Source: Nitrosomonas europaea (GTDB taxonomy: Bacteria > Pseudomonadota > Gammaproteobacteria > Burkholderiales > Nitrosomonadaceae). Taken from it: a DNA stretch of 32,000 nt. Shown here in pieces: positions 31,756-32,000 of this stretch. The position numbers and the translations under genes are program-made. Every line of letters starts with the position of its first letter. Position 1 is the first letter of the stretch. A model generated the notes under the pieces. That model was not told where the DNA came from and ran no database searches. It saw only the letters and a list, made by a program, of their open reading frames with translations. Location of the stretch: assembly GCF_900167395.1 (NCBI RefSeq), contig NZ_FUWK01000018.1, forward strand, positions 15,026-47,025, written 5' to 3'.

Positions 31756-32000
31756 ATGAAAGCCTCTGATTTTCGGGAATGGGTTGGAAAAATAACGCAA
31801 CTTAGCCGCGGTCAGAAAGAGCAGACCAAACATAAGCTTGGTGGAATGGTGCCACGAATCGAGGTGGCGAAGTGGCTTGAAAGTTCTTTTGAGCCGATTT
31901 GTCCGGTTTGCCAATCGAATCATTTTTATCGCTGGGGATATCAGGCGGGATTACAGCGTTTCTACTGCCGCATGTGCAAGCACACGTTTACAGCTATATC
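31756..32000 (+). CDS. IS transposase, N-terminal zinc-ribbon part (IS1595-like); continues beyond the window
   Basis: Not in the ORF track because it has no stop. ATG 31756 after SD GGGAGGG. MKASDFREWVGKITQLSRGQKEQ...CPVCQSNHFYRWGYQAGLQRFYCRMCKHTFTAI. The CxxC...CxxC ribbon with G.QR[YF].C..C..TF is typical of IS1595/IS1-type transposase N-termini. Confidence 0.65.
   Translation, partial: MKASDFREWVGKITQLSRGQKEQTKHKLGGMVPRIEVAKWLESSFEPICPVCQSNHFYRWGYQAGLQRFYCRMCKHTFTAI
31756..32000 (+). mobile_element. Left part of an insertion sequence (boundary and inverted repeat not determinable from this window)
   Basis: Inferred only from the transposase-like ORF. The IS left end must lie between 31662 and 31755, but I could not identify a terminal inverted repeat without the other end. 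Confidence 0.45.

Overview
Chromosomal segment with beta-proteobacterial gene order and moderate GC. My impression is Nitrosomonadales-like, but I cannot confirm that without a database search.

The core (7.2-21.9 kb) is the conserved housekeeping block rpsB-tsf-pyrH-frr-uppS-cdsA-dxr-rseP-bamA-skp-fabZ-rnhB-slyD, with mutS convergent. The usual lpxD/lpxA/lpxB members of this block are absent.

Left flank:
- a PHP-domain phosphoesterase, cut by the window edge
- an NnrS-family membrane protein and a small lipoprotein
- a Fur-family (Zur-like) regulator, followed by two near-identical GCAAC-N3-GTTGC palindromes and a TonB-dependent receptor. The receptor carries an (HD)13 tract encoded by a perfect hexanucleotide microsatellite
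- a small lipoprotein c-type cytochrome, and Fnr

Right flank (22-32 kb, looks more accessory):
- a clear fluoride (crcB-motif) riboswitch driving crcB plus a DUF190 gene
- a 690-bp ORF-free region holding a perfect (ATGTC)x11 pentanucleotide microsatellite, a near-consensus sigma-54 promoter and a structured GGCAG-rich leader, all upstream of a PEP-CTERM surface protein with autotransporter-passenger-like repeats
- a secreted MsrA/thioredoxin-like/MsrB tri-domain protein
- a REC-REC-PAS-GAF-PAS-GGDEF-EAL signalling protein
- a secreted pectin-acetylesterase/Notum-like hydrolase
- the 5' end of an IS transposase gene at the window edge

I found no tRNA, rRNA, CRISPR array, prophage or obvious multi-gene defence island. 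The most novel-looking item is the microsatellite / sigma-54 / leader / PEP-CTERM module. I present it as a hypothesis (a contingency-type switch), not as a demonstrated system.

All functional calls come from reading motifs in the supplied translations. No searches were run.
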